In this document: in pieces, positions 1 through 8,603 of the stretch
Layout: every line of letters begins with the position of its first letter
Position numbering within the stretch: position 1 is the stretch's first letter
Assembly (NCBI GenBank): GCA_041191405.1
Contig: JBEEOW010000011.1
Span: 13,394 to 77,393 of the forward strand
DNA length: 64,000 nt
Reading direction: 5' to 3'
Source of the DNA: Bacteroidota bacterium
GTDB taxonomy: Bacteria; Bacteroidota; Bacteroidia; Cytophagales; UBA9547
The notes under the pieces: model-generated
Database searches by the model: none
What the model was told of the DNA's origin: nothing
What the model saw: only the letters and a program-made list of their open reading frames with translations
Position numbers and translations under genes: made by a program

Positions 1-912
1 ATCCAATTTTACTTCAATGGAGTTTTCGGCAGGTGTCCACCAGCCATCCATCGAAAAAGGAGGATTGGCAATTACTCTATCAAAAAGAGTTAATTCGTTG
101 TTGTCGTTTTTATGTTGAGGCGTGGTAAGCGTATCGCCTTTGCGTATATCGGCATCCATGAAATTGTGCAAAAGCATGTTCAATTTGCCAATTGCCCAAG
201 TACCAAGGTTTTTCTCTTGTCCGTACAAAGAAACGTTTACATTGTTTCCAACTTTTCCGTTGGGTTGCTCAGCTATGTAACGAGCTGATTCTATGAGCAT
301 ACCACCCGAACCACAGGTAGGGTCGTACACTTTTTGCTTAGGTTCTGGTTTAATCAATTGTACAATCAACTGCACCACACCACGAGGTGTATAGAACTCC
401 CCTCCTTTTTTGCCTGCATCATCGGCAAACATTTTAATCAAATACTCATAGGCATCGCCCAGTAAGTCGTTCGATTCTAAATCTGCATTGCGTAATGAAT
501 GTTGGTTGAAATGTCTTAAAAGGCGTTGTAGCAATTCATCCGAAAGCTTTTCTTTGTCGCCAAATTTAGTGGCGGTCATTACGCCTTCCAGAGAAGTGTT
601 TTCACGCTCTATACCTGCAAAGGCTTTATCAAGTGCAATACCAATGTTTTCGGTTTCTTTCTTGATGGTTTCCCAACGAGATTCAACAGGCATTTGAAAA
701 AATGTTTCATCTTCAGCTTCTTCTCGAGATACTCCATCACGTTCCATGATGGCTTCTACTTCTTCTTCAAATACGTCGTTTGAACGTTTCAAAAACAATA
801 AGCCAAAAATGTAATTTTTAAAATCGGAAGAGTCGATACTACCACGTAATATATTCGCCGAATCCCATAACCAAGATTCGAGTGTTGCTAAGTTTAGTTT
901 GTTTTGCGACAT
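1..912 (-). CDS. hsdM: Type I restriction-modification methyltransferase subunit M (5' part, runs off window)
   Basis: Manual translation from ATG at 912: MSQNKLNLATLESWLWDSANILRGSIDSSDFKNYIFGLLFLKR...GDAYEYLIKMFADDAGKKGGEFYTPRGVV...VYDPTCGSGGML...DRVIANPPFS. Has the HsdM N-terminal domain, the SAM-binding motif and the NPPF catalytic motif. Not in the ORF track because it is truncated. Confidence 0.95.
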   Translation of the reverse strand, partial: MSQNKLNLATLESWLWDSANILRGSIDSSDFKNYIFGLLFLKRSNDVFEEEVEAIMERDGVSREEAEDETFFQMPVESRWETIKKETENIGIALDKAFAGIERENTSLEGVMTATKFGDKEKLSDELLQRLLRHFNQHSLRNADLESNDLLGDAYEYLIKMFADDAGKKGGEFYTPRGVVQLIVQLIKPEPKQKVYDPTCGSGGMLIESARYIAEQPNGKVGNNVNVSLYGQEKNLGTWAIGKLNMLLHNFMDADIRKGDTLTTPQHKNDNNELTLFDRVIANPPFSMDGWWTPAENSIEVKLD

Positions 913-1038
913 TTTTAATTGATAAATGACAATGAATAGTAAAAATACGAAATTTTGTTAGAAAGCTTTAAACATATATTGACTTTGAATCAACCTACAC
1001 GATTATTTTTCAAAAAATAAAGCTTTTTGTTAGTTATA

Positions 1039-1815
1039 TCATTTATGTAATATCTTTTTAGTTTGCCTAACTAAGTTAACAAATAGCTCTTCTTTTTCAT
1101 CATAGTTCATTTTCGTTATAGGTCTATTTGGAGGATTCATTGTTTGAAATACATTTAATTCATTAAATTCTTCAAACAGGCATGGCTTTAAAATAACTAT
1201 TAAAATTACAGCACCTTCTTTCTCTGCTGCACTCAATAAATGAGGCAATTCATTTGATGCAATAAAATCTGAACCTAAAAAGTCTGTACTAACAAGAAGA
1301 ATTGCTACTTTGGTTGTTAAAATAGCCTTTTCAATTTCTTCTTTCCATTTTTGACCTGGTTCAATTTTGGAGTCATCCCAAAAGTCTATTTTACTAAGGA
1401 ATGGTTTAAAATGTCTTTGAACATCCGTTAAGAATTCTTTGTCTAAATGACTATAACTTACGAAAACCTTGTCTCTAATTTTATGTTCATTGCTTTTAAA
1501 TTTTTGATGAGCAATAATTGGTAAAGTGTCAATTTCTTGCTTTATATAGAATAGAAGATTTTCTGCTTTAATTTCTTTTGGACATTTCGGAATTGATTGA
1601 CCATTGTGAGCTTCTAATCTATGTTCTTCAAGGTCTTTTTTTATTTGAAATTCGATTTCATCTAAAAATATTGCTTTGTTCTCTGATGTGTAAAAATCAT
1701 TAAGTCGATGTTTTAACTCATGAAAATCATCAATAGCATTAACTTTATTTGAGCTTTTAATTTTGTTGTCAAAGAATTTAAATGATTCTTTTCTTATAAT
1801 TTCTTCTTCATTCAT
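1039..1815 (-). CDS. TIR-domain protein (C-terminal TIR_2-type domain, unknown N-terminal ~110 aa domain)
   Basis: KVFVSYSHLDKEF, FWDDSKIEPGQKWKEEIEKAI, VAILLVSTDFLGSDFIASNELP are typical bacterial TIR motifs, including the Glu at the catalytic position. Confidence 0.9.
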   Translation of the reverse strand: MNEEEIIRKESFKFFDNKIKSSNKVNAIDDFHELKHRLNDFYTSENKAIFLDEIEFQIKKDLEEHRLEAHNGQSIPKCPKEIKAENLLFYIKQEIDTLPIIAHQKFKSNEHKIRDKVFVSYSHLDKEFLTDVQRHFKPFLSKIDFWDDSKIEPGQKWKEEIEKAILTTKVAILLVSTDFLGSDFIASNELPHLLSAAEKEGAVILIVILKPCLFEEFNELNVFQTMNPPNRPITKMNYDEKEELFVNLVRQTKKILHK

Positions 1816-1849
1816 ATTTATAAATAGTTTATTTTTAATTTTTGGTTAA

Positions 1850-2434
1850 TTATTTTGCATTTTCAATCCATTTAGGAAAATTATTATATCCATTATCATC
1901 TATCCAATCATAAACATTCACCCATTCCGATAGTTTAAAACCTTTTCCCCAATGTTGTCTGTCCATATTAATTAATTTTTTAATGGGTAAATCAGTATAA
2001 ATTTTCCAATTCCTACCATCGTGTTCATAATAAGTCAAAGTAGTACCGTCCTTACTAATTGTGAAACCTAAATAATCAAAAATATTAGGTCCTTTCGAAA
2101 ATACATTTTGATTCTTATCTTTTACACTATTTATGTGAACTCCAAATAATTTATTACCTCTGTCATAACTTTTTAAAATTTCGTATCTAACCCATCGTCT
2201 CTCCCAAGTATTTGTACCAATTAATGCACAAGTAACAGATGTATTTTCTAGATTTGAATTTATTAGTCTTTTTAAAGAAAGTTCTCCATGTCTTTTAGCA
2301 TCCTCCCAAATGGAAGCATCAAAAAAACCAGCATCTTGACCACTTTGTTTTGTAACGCCGTGATTTCTTACAACATTTGCTCTAAATGTTTTTACATCTT
2401 CATAATGAAAACTAAAAAAAACTCTTTTTGCCAT
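1850..2434 (-). CDS. Thoeris ThsB-like TIR protein (DUF1863-type)
   Basis: MAKRVFFSFHYEDVKTFRANVVRNH, SVTCALIGTNTWERRWVRYEILKS, GNKLFGVHI match the ThsB TIR-like pattern. Confidence 0.88.
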   Translation of the reverse strand: MAKRVFFSFHYEDVKTFRANVVRNHGVTKQSGQDAGFFDASIWEDAKRHGELSLKRLINSNLENTSVTCALIGTNTWERRWVRYEILKSYDRGNKLFGVHINSVKDKNQNVFSKGPNIFDYLGFTISKDGTTLTYYEHDGRNWKIYTDLPIKKLINMDRQHWGKGFKLSEWVNVYDWIDDNGYNNFPKWIENAK

Positions 2435-2436
2435 CT

Positions 2437-2838
2437 TTAATTAATTATAAACATTACTATAAGTGTGATAATTAAAAGTGTACCATAAAACATAAGAAGT
2501 GTTTTTGAAAAAGTACAAGGAATCCATGTATTCTTTCCTTTGTTATATGGAGATGCATTTAAATCAAAATCTATATCTTCTTCATTTTTGTTTTTTACAA
2601 TATTATAAAGCTCTCGATATTGCCTTTCTAAGCTTAAATAATAGCCGTCCAAAAACCAAAATAATGGTGTTGATATGTAAGTTATAATTATATATTTTAT
2701 GTTCAGATCTTTAGCTGCAAATGCAAAAAGTGCTGCAACTAAAGAAACAGTCCAACCTTTCAAAAGAAAAGAGTTTACATTCATCCTAGTTATTACTAGT
2801 TGAATAAATTCTAGATGTTTTAATTTTTTTTCCATCAT
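2437..2838 (-). CDS. Small 3-TM membrane protein, TIR-associated (candidate effector)
   Basis: 133 aa. KHLEFIQLVITRM helix, then three hydrophobic segments with an LDGYYLSLERQYRELY motif; tightly coupled to the TIR genes on both sides. Confidence 0.75.
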   Translation of the reverse strand: MMEKKLKHLEFIQLVITRMNVNSFLLKGWTVSLVAALFAFAAKDLNIKYIIITYISTPLFWFLDGYYLSLERQYRELYNIVKNKNEEDIDFDLNASPYNKGKNTWIPCTFSKTLLMFYGTLLIITLIVMFIIN

Positions 2839-2853
2839 TTAAGTTTTGATTCT

Positions 2854-3630
2854 TCACAAAATTATATTCATGTCTTTAATCGACTTAATTTTATATAATA
2901 TATCAAGTGCAGATACAGCATTATTTGAAATATATTTTTTTTGCCATTCTAGTAAAGTGTTCATGTTTATATCAACTAAGTGTGATAAATTGACATCATA
3001 TTTTATTTTAAGACTCTCATTGATTACACCATCCTTTGAGAAATATTTGGTTTCTTGATTATTTCGTCTTCTAGGAATTGACTTTCGAATCATTTGTGAC
3101 ATTGCAATTTCAGAGTAAATCCAAGGTGATTCTGTTTTGCCTATTACTTCTGTTGTTGAAATAGAGTTTGGGGTATTTAGAAAAAATAAACACTCAGTTT
3201 TATCAATCATCATTGATAATGCAGTTGATAACATCATATGTACATGACTTGTAGAATAATTTCTTTGATTATAATTATAATAACCATCAGCTTGAATACA
3301 ATATTTTTGATCAATGAGTTTAAGTAATTCATTTGAATAACCCCAAATACAAGAATCAATAAATGCTTTAATCTTAAAAGTATCATAAAGCCAGCCAGCT
3401 AATGTGATTGCTTGTTTCTCATCTTTATGAGAATGAGAAATAAAAATGTTCGATTCAATTTGTGGAAACCAATTTGATTGCATTAAAGAACCATTTATTG
3501 AGCCATCTGAATATGTAAATTCTTTTAATGTACTTCTAACAGTACTCTTATTTGTTTGATAAAGAGCAAATCCTTTTTCGTAATATTCTTCGTTATCCCA
3601 ATCAAGAACTAAATTAAATCCTCTATACAT
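2854..3630 (-). CDS. TIR-like domain protein
   Basis: NIFISHSHKDE, AFIDSCIWGY, ECLFFLNTPNS, TESPWIYSEI: TIR box 1 and the W-x-x-x-E catalytic helix. Confidence 0.82.
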   Translation of the reverse strand: MYRGFNLVLDWDNEEYYEKGFALYQTNKSTVRSTLKEFTYSDGSINGSLMQSNWFPQIESNIFISHSHKDEKQAITLAGWLYDTFKIKAFIDSCIWGYSNELLKLIDQKYCIQADGYYNYNQRNYSTSHVHMMLSTALSMMIDKTECLFFLNTPNSISTTEVIGKTESPWIYSEIAMSQMIRKSIPRRRNNQETKYFSKDGVINESLKIKYDVNLSHLVDINMNTLLEWQKKYISNNAVSALDILYKIKSIKDMNIIL

Positions 3631-3825
3631 ATATTATACTTTTATTGTCAATACAAATTTGTCTTGTTGTTTTATAATTTCGAATTAGGTCAAATTAGTA
3701 ATAATTTTAGACAGTTTATTTTTGAAATAATTAATCTGAAAACTTGAATTACTTTATTGAACTAACAAATTAATTCATTAGAATGAATTAATAATTAATA
3801 TTTACAATCTTATTGAATTTTATTT

Positions 3826-3869
3826 TAACTACAAAAAGTTTACAAATATTTTTACGTAAAAAACACTAT
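3826..3869. repeat. Copy 1 of a ~45-bp direct repeat (probable promoter module upstream of the TIR operon)
   Basis: taactacaaaaagtttacaaatatttttacgtaaaaaacactat, nearly identical to 5804-5848. Confidence 0.8.
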
Positions 3870-3936
3870 GTGTATTTTTAAAGTTAATCTATCAGTTCGT
3901 TACCTCACCGTTAACATATTTTTGGGATTTCTCTTT

Positions 3937-4770
3937 TCATTGTCTGTCATTTTTTGTTTTTCCATATTGAAATTCTATATTACCTTTAGTATTACCAATA
4001 ATAATTTCATCTATTACTTCTTTCTTCCAAACAATACCAAGTTGAGCATGTATTTCTTCTTTTCCAATTCGTCCAGAATACACTCCGAGAAAACCTCTTA
4101 TTGTTCCAATAATTGAATCATTATTAAAACCTACTTTTTCGTCATAATGTACCCCATGTCTTTGATATATAACAGGTGAGCCAGATAAACCAGGTCTTGT
4201 TGCAGTGTCTATGAAAATTTTAGGTAGTTGATCTTCATTAATAGTAGGTTCTGTAGCGATACTAGCTTTTTTCCAAATTGGTAATCCTAAATATCTGAAA
4301 TCGTCAAATGGATAACCTATTACAAAACAATCATCTCCAATTTCGGGAGGAAAACTTGTGTCAAATTTTACAGTGTTAATTGCAGAGTAGATAAAATTAT
4401 CTGAAATATTAAGTTTAATAGCAACTACATCTACATTTTCTTGATATTGGGGATGAACTAACCATTTTGGTAAAGTCATCTCATCATCTTCGTAAAGTAA
4501 TATTTTTTCAAGTTTACTTTGTCCACCACCATTTTCTAATCTTAGATATGTCAAAAAAATATTAGGTATCCCTGCATTTGTTTCTGTCAAAGGTTTCCCA
4601 GTTAACGGATTTCTTCCTGTTACATTATGCCAATTAGTTATTAAGTAATATTCATTTAAAAACAAATATATAAATCCTGTAGCAGTTGAAAATATTAAGT
4701 CAGTTTCTGTAAACCCAATAGCAAGTTGTTGGGTAGTCAATGATAAGTAATTGGGTTTTATTATATTCAT
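3937..4770 (-). CDS. Trypsin-like serine protease (cytoplasmic, no signal peptide)
   Basis: Catalytic triad motifs ITNWHNV (His), VDVVAI (Asp), PGLSGSPV (Ser). Confidence 0.88.
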   Translation of the reverse strand: MNIIKPNYLSLTTQQLAIGFTETDLIFSTATGFIYLFLNEYYLITNWHNVTGRNPLTGKPLTETNAGIPNIFLTYLRLENGGGQSKLEKILLYEDDEMTLPKWLVHPQYQENVDVVAIKLNISDNFIYSAINTVKFDTSFPPEIGDDCFVIGYPFDDFRYLGLPIWKKASIATEPTINEDQLPKIFIDTATRPGLSGSPVIYQRHGVHYDEKVGFNNDSIIGTIRGFLGVYSGRIGKEEIHAQLGIVWKKEVIDEIIIGNTKGNIEFQYGKTKNDRQ

Positions 4771-4879
4771 TGTATTGGTTTTTAAAAATGGTTTATAACG
4801 AACAGGGCTTTGTGACGGGCTGGTTCAAAAGCACAAATTCCCAAGTTGTTACTAAAGTTTAATTAAAATGCTGCTGCTT

Positions 4880-5602
4880 TTATTTTCCTCTTGCAATTTC
4901 AGCTTCCATTTCAATCCAGCTCCAAAATTGATGTTCTTGATATTCGTCCATTAAATCAATTACCTCTTTCCTCATTTTAAGAGCTTGAGCTAGATTATTG
5001 GAAAAATGTACATTCCATTTATGTAAGTCTGGATGAATTTTTGTCAAATCGCTTGGGTCGCTAAATTCCTTATTATTTGATGTAACAAAAATTAAGTCAG
5101 TTGCTATTTGATTTTCTTTAATAACGTGTTCAACAGCTCCAAAATAAAGTAAAGCATCTGCCATATTATTTTTGCTATTATGAAATGGTGCTTGTTTTGT
5201 CAAAGCACGATTTGCCATATCTAATTTTAGCTTGTCTTCGATTTTGAATAACTCAGAACCTTTTATTAATTTTTCTACTCGGTTGAAAAAAACTTCTGCA
5301 AGTTTTTCTTGGTCAGCCTGAACTTCAGTATACTTTTCAATAATTTTTTTAAGCTCTTGTCTATCTGTTTCGGGAAGAAGTTCAGCCATTTTTAAAGCAC
5401 TTTTTGCATGACTACGAATACTGGCCACAACTTCTTGAAGAACTCGTGGTTTATTTCTTTCCCATTCTTCAAGAATTATATCACACGTCAAAAGTACTGT
5501 AATTCCGATGTTTACTTGCTCTTCGAGTTCAATTAGGACTTCTTCTATTCTTGGTTTTGCAAGGTCTAGCCAAGTGCTAGTATCTAATATTAATTTTGCC
5601 AT
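4880..5602 (-). CDS. PIN-domain protein (DUF4935-like)
   Basis: LILDTSTWLDL, ILEEWERN, MADALLY, IFVTSNNKEF carry the PIN acidic motifs. Confidence 0.85.
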   Translation of the reverse strand: MAKLILDTSTWLDLAKPRIEEVLIELEEQVNIGITVLLTCDIILEEWERNKPRVLQEVVASIRSHAKSALKMAELLPETDRQELKKIIEKYTEVQADQEKLAEVFFNRVEKLIKGSELFKIEDKLKLDMANRALTKQAPFHNSKNNMADALLYFGAVEHVIKENQIATDLIFVTSNNKEFSDPSDLTKIHPDLHKWNVHFSNNLAQALKMRKEVIDLMDEYQEHQFWSWIEMEAEIARGK

Positions 5603-5803
5603 TCTTATGTCGTTCTTAAAGTTGCAGCTAACATTTATACTTACTCATTCAGTCAATCTCCTTTATAGTTTCGGTAGGGTTTTTCTTGAAATAGTTTAAC
5701 TGAAAACTTGTTACAAATTGATTAACAAGTAACGGTTTTTATACTTACATTTTTATTTCAATTACAAAAATGTATTTATTTGTAATTATATTAAAATGTA
5801 GCA

Positions 5804-5848
5804 TAACTACAAAAAGTTTATAAATATTTTTTACGTAAAAAACACTAT
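5804..5848. repeat. Copy 2 of the ~45-bp direct repeat (upstream of the PIN gene)
   Basis: taactacaaaaagtttataaatattttttacgtaaaaaacactat; differs from copy 1 by one substitution and one indel. Confidence 0.8.
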
Positions 5849-5865
5849 ATAGTATAGTGTATATA

Positions 5866-6812
5866 TCAAAACAACCTCATTTCCAATTCACTATACAAAA
5901 ATCTATTTTTAACTTTTTCAATATTAGTATTTGCACCTTTTGTTGAAATCAGCTTAGAAATAGTAAATGCATCCATCAAATTTTCATCAAAAGGTTTAGC
6001 AAAAGAAAGTATTTCGCTTTGGGTAAGTGAGTTATTTAACCACAATGATTCATTTTCAGGTGTTAAAATCACTGGCATACGTTTACCTTCGTTATGAATA
6101 CGAGCCATTAATGGGTTTGCTTCACAAGTAAGTATTGAAAAAGATTGTATTAAATCGCCTGTTTGAGGGTTTTTCCAAGTGTCAAAATGCCTACCATTGC
6201 AAAAGGCTCATTGTCTTTTAAATGGATATAATGTGGGTATTTCTGTTTGTTAAATGTCATCCATTCATAAAATCCATTACTCAAAACCAAACACCTATTT
6301 GATTGAATAGCTGACTTAAATGAAGGCAATTCAAAAGCAGTTTCCGAACGAGCATTCAAGGTTTTTGACCGATACTCATTAATTTTTGTGCTATCCTTCA
6401 CCCAATTAGGTATCAATCCCCACGACATTGAATCAATTATTCCTGGTGTAGTTATTACTGACCACTTAGGAAAATCAAATCCATTTGCATGAAAAATTGG
6501 TTTGTAAACATACTTGTTTTTCAACTCAGCTTTAAAACGATTTTCAAGCTTTTTGGCTTCGGTGTTGAGTGAATCCCCGTTGTAAATGCCTGCATTTCGC
6601 ATACTTTCACCAACAACCCTCACAAAAAATGTAGAGTAAGGATTTTTGATTAATTCTTCATTTAAATCAATTTGTTCCTCTGCAAAGTCCATCGCTGGAC
6701 TTGGGAATCCTGCATTAATTCTCGAACTAACTAAACTAATTTTGATACTAGTTTCGCAAATTGGTTTGTAAAAAGTTAATTCAGTGTTGCTATATAATTT
6801 TTCAATCTTCAT
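5866..6812 (-). pseudogene. In-frame fusion of the UmuD (S24) N-terminal half to an SRAP/YedK protein lacking its N-terminus; frameshifted near 6185
   Basis: AGFPSPAMDF...FFVRVVGESMRNAGIYNGD (UmuD) joins LNTEAKKLENRF...WGLIPNW...NARSET...RCLVLSNGFYEW (SRAP). Adding one T at about 6185 restores GIFDTWKNPQTGDLIQSFSILTCEANPLMARIHNEGKRMPVIL, continuous with ORF 5866-6108. Confidence 0.85.
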
Positions 6813-6999
6813 TGTGTTTGAACTTTCCACAAAGAAGGTTATTATTATTCTCAATTAGCGAGAATGAAAAAAATGTTTATTTAAGTTATTGAATTAGACA
6901 AATATTAGCGTGTTTCATTTTTATCAAAATGAAAAATTAATTATATTTATGTAGTAGTAAATAAATCTAAAGTATTCATAAAATTAAATATCTAAAATT

Positions 7000-7476
7000 A
7001 TGAAAAATAACGAATTAAATCCATCAAAATTTAACGATGAAGAGTATAGAGCATTAAAGACCCAAGAGGAAAAGGATAAATATTTTAATGAAAAATCGAT
7101 GTTAAGTCTATTGGAATATATGGATGAATTTACAGATGAATTTTTTACATCAAAAACTAAAGAACAAAAATTGCAATTGTTAAAAAATCTATATGCATCA
7201 GATATGTTTGGTTTAGATGCTGATGACAGATATTTTGAGGTTGACCATATTTTAACCACCATCCATGTTAGGTTTTCAGAATATAAAAAAGAATGTAAAT
7301 CAGGAAATATTAAAGACGACTATACACCTAAAGATTGGCATAAAAGACATCATGAAATTAAACATTCATTATGGAAAAAAACTGGCGATGATTATAAAAA
7401 CGGTCTTTTTGAATTAAATGAAATTATAAGAATTACTGAGGAAAAAACAGCAGAACTACGAAATAGAAATATTTAG
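7000..7476 (+). CDS. Hypothetical protein
   Basis: 158-aa charged ORF with ATG start, followed by a terminator-like hairpin; no recognisable motif. Confidence 0.6.
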   Translation: MKNNELNPSKFNDEEYRALKTQEEKDKYFNEKSMLSLLEYMDEFTDEFFTSKTKEQKLQLLKNLYASDMFGLDADDRYFEVDHILTTIHVRFSEYKKECKSGNIKDDYTPKDWHKRHHEIKHSLWKKTGDDYKNGLFELNEIIRITEEKTAELRNRNI

Positions 7477-7520
7477 AATTTGTATATTAGAATTTAATTT
7501 ACATTTTATGTTATTGTATA

Positions 7521-7558
7521 AAAAAACTAGCATTATTGTTATAATATGCTAGTTTTTA
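7521..7558. terminator. Bidirectional intrinsic terminator
   Basis: aaaaaactagcatt...atgctagttttt between convergent ORFs. Confidence 0.6.
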
Positions 7559-7600
7559 TATTTGATAACAAGGAAAATGAATTGTATTCATCTAATTTTT

Positions 7601-8383
7601 CTAAAGGATTTTGCTTAATTCTATTATAGATTTTATAGTATTTAAATTTGGTTTTTCATTAAAACCTAATTCTCCAAAATGCAATACGTTTTCAAATAGA
7701 AATTTACTTAAAGACGATTGTTTTAAATCATTAGGTCTAAAGGATTTTCTAATTGTCCATTTTTCATATTTTGCTTTTTCAGAATATTTATATAGCCTAA
7801 TTATCAACTGTTTAGAAGCGAAATCATTATCCCATTTTTTATCTATAGATTCTCTTAGAATATAATTTGAAGAATTATAAATCATATAAAAAATCTCTGA
7901 AGTTGAATAATCATCTAATAGATTTTCAATTATAATTTCATCTTCATAATTTGGTGTAAGCTTAATGTTGAATAGTTTTTGTGAGGTATTTATTATGTTT
8001 TCTAAACATTCGTTTACACAAATTGATTTCCATAAAATTAAAAGTTCTATATCCTTAAATATTTGTAAATCAGGCTTTAATAAGTTTTTATAAATTGTTT
8101 TAAATTCTATTTCTATATTATTAAAATTTATATTCCATTTTGTATTTAGAATTTCTTCGTTTGAAATTTCAAAAGGATTAATTAACCCTTTTTTTTGTAA
8201 AACATGTAAAATTTCAACAGTTTGAAGGTTTCCTGGAGATAATGGAAGTTTTGATTTGGAAATACTAGAAATAGAAAAGTCTTTTAAAGAAATACGGTCA
8301 ATTAACAAAGCACCTAAAAATATTTTTTCAGTTGCACTCAAACTATTTAATAACTTTGAGTTATAAGAAAGAGTGTTTTCCAT
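7601..8383 (-). CDS. Hypothetical protein
   Basis: 260-aa ORF with ATG start; no confident family. Confidence 0.65.
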   Translation of the reverse strand: MENTLSYNSKLLNSLSATEKIFLGALLIDRISLKDFSISSISKSKLPLSPGNLQTVEILHVLQKKGLINPFEISNEEILNTKWNINFNNIEIEFKTIYKNLLKPDLQIFKDIELLILWKSICVNECLENIINTSQKLFNIKLTPNYEDEIIIENLLDDYSTSEIFYMIYNSSNYILRESIDKKWDNDFASKQLIIRLYKYSEKAKYEKWTIRKSFRPNDLKQSSLSKFLFENVLHFGELGFNEKPNLNTIKSIIELSKIL

Positions 8384-8425
8384 AGTAAATTTTTAGTTTA
8401 AATAAGTTTTGTATAAATAAAAATA

Positions 8426-8603
8426 GGGCGGAACCTCTCGCTTTATCGTTTTCAACTCAACTAAGGTATCGCCAAACACCCGCAAAGAATTAAAAAACAG
8501 CAAGAGGAACACGCCCATAGCAGGCGCATCCACTCCGACCATTTCTCTCTTTGCTTTAAAATTTTGGCGATTTTTAGTTAAGAGAAATTATCGAGCAACG
8601 CTC
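8426..8603 (-). ncRNA. Putative structured 5' leader / cis-regulatory RNA
   Basis: GC-richer island in AT-rich DNA. 8459-8476 (aactaaggtatcgccaaa) pairs with 8563-8579 (tttggcgatttttagtt); 8426-8442 pairs with 8499-8516. Confidence 0.5.

Noticed and set aside
488-697. 69-aa plus-strand ORF
   Set aside because: Antisense shadow of hsdM
1850-2434. Calling the locus canonical Thoeris
   Set aside because: No SIR2-SLOG or TM-Macro ThsA is visible in the window
6813-6999. SOS/LexA box upstream of the umuD remnant
   Set aside because: No convincing palindrome could be identified by eye
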